Made by a program: the position numbers and the translations under genes. Source: Thecamonas trahens ATCC 50062 (Eukaryota; Protista; Apusomonadida). From it: a DNA stretch of 64,000 nt. The DNA lies in assembly GCF_000142905.1 (NCBI RefSeq), contig NW_013657642.1, forward strand, positions 3,688 to 67,687, written 5' to 3'. The notes beneath the pieces were generated by a model that was not told the origin of the DNA, searched no databases, and worked only from the letters and a program-made list of their open reading frames with translations. Positions 63,722-64,000 of this stretch are shown here, one piece after another (position 1 is the first letter of the stretch; every line of letters begins with the position of its first letter).

Positions 63722-63913
63722 GTAGAAAGATGGTGCCGCAGTTGGGCGGGGTGCGGTGCTGCTTGCCTGCGGCCTCGCCCACCTGGCGGCTGCCGGCTGC
63801 TGTCGGCTGCCCGGTCGATGGTGCGAGTCATCGCCAGATCCAAGGCGGGAGCGCTATGCTGATGGTAGAGATGGTGATGTTGTTAATGATGAAAGTAGAG
63901 AGGACAATCGCTG

Positions 63914-64000
63914 CTACTTTGCGGCGGCGCTCGAGCCGAGGCCGAGTCCTCGGCGGAGGAGGGCGACGTTAACGACGGCGAGAATGCCGGTGACCAAGAA
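63914..64000 (-). CDS. 3' end of a gene entering from beyond the window (hydrophobic C-terminus)
   Basis: FLVTGILAVVNVALLRRGLGLGSSAAAK* with typical codon usage; TAG at 63916-63914. Confidence 0.45.
   Translation of the reverse strand, partial: FLVTGILAVVNVALLRRGLGLGSSAAAK

Noticed and set aside
1-64000. tRNA, rRNA, snRNA or transposon sequences
   Set aside because: None recognised by eye. A tRNAscan-SE/Infernal/RepeatModeler run would be needed to exclude small or divergent ones.

Overview
Gene-dense, GC-rich, intron-poor eukaryotic nuclear DNA from a probably unicellular, flagellated protist. MEIG1, SSX2IP, synapsin, SelT, a GAP1-type RasGAP and a cadherin-like repeat suggest Amorphea, possibly an apusomonad-like lineage (inference only). 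About 30 protein-coding genes are present: CCA-adding enzyme, ER redoxin-fold protein, membrane trypsin, AP-3 delta, two Nudix hydrolases, m-AAA protease, coiled-coil proteins, STE20 kinase, succinyl-CoA ligase beta, ERCC1, SMP protein, NTE/PNPLA6, ankyrin protein, TMEM214-like, synapsin-like, MEIG1, DUF4197, cyclophilin H, SLC12 cotransporter, KP-43-type subtilase, LolD-like ABC ATPase, questin-oxidase-like, selenoprotein T, a ~1850-aa multi-TM receptor-like protein, RasGAP, MCC alpha and an F-box protein. There is one 246-nt N gap. No tRNA, rRNA, CRISPR array or mobile element was seen. Window-wide signals: (1) all 7 inferred introns start GTACGY and lie near the gene 5' end, and one splits the ATG itself; (2) 8 of 9 TAA stops read TAAA, suggesting a poly(A) signal fused to the stop codon, and convergent genes sit 2-70 nt apart; (3) 11 frame breaks each need exactly one extra base, most likely homopolymer undercalls, but insertional editing is not excluded; (4) a Tyr/Ser-acidic motif recurs in four unrelated proteins. 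Local highlights: UGA-Sec SelT with a non-canonical AUGA_CC_GA SECIS, a Prx5-like HDEL protein lacking the peroxidatic Cys, and a bacterial-type DUF4197 fitted with a myristoylation exon.
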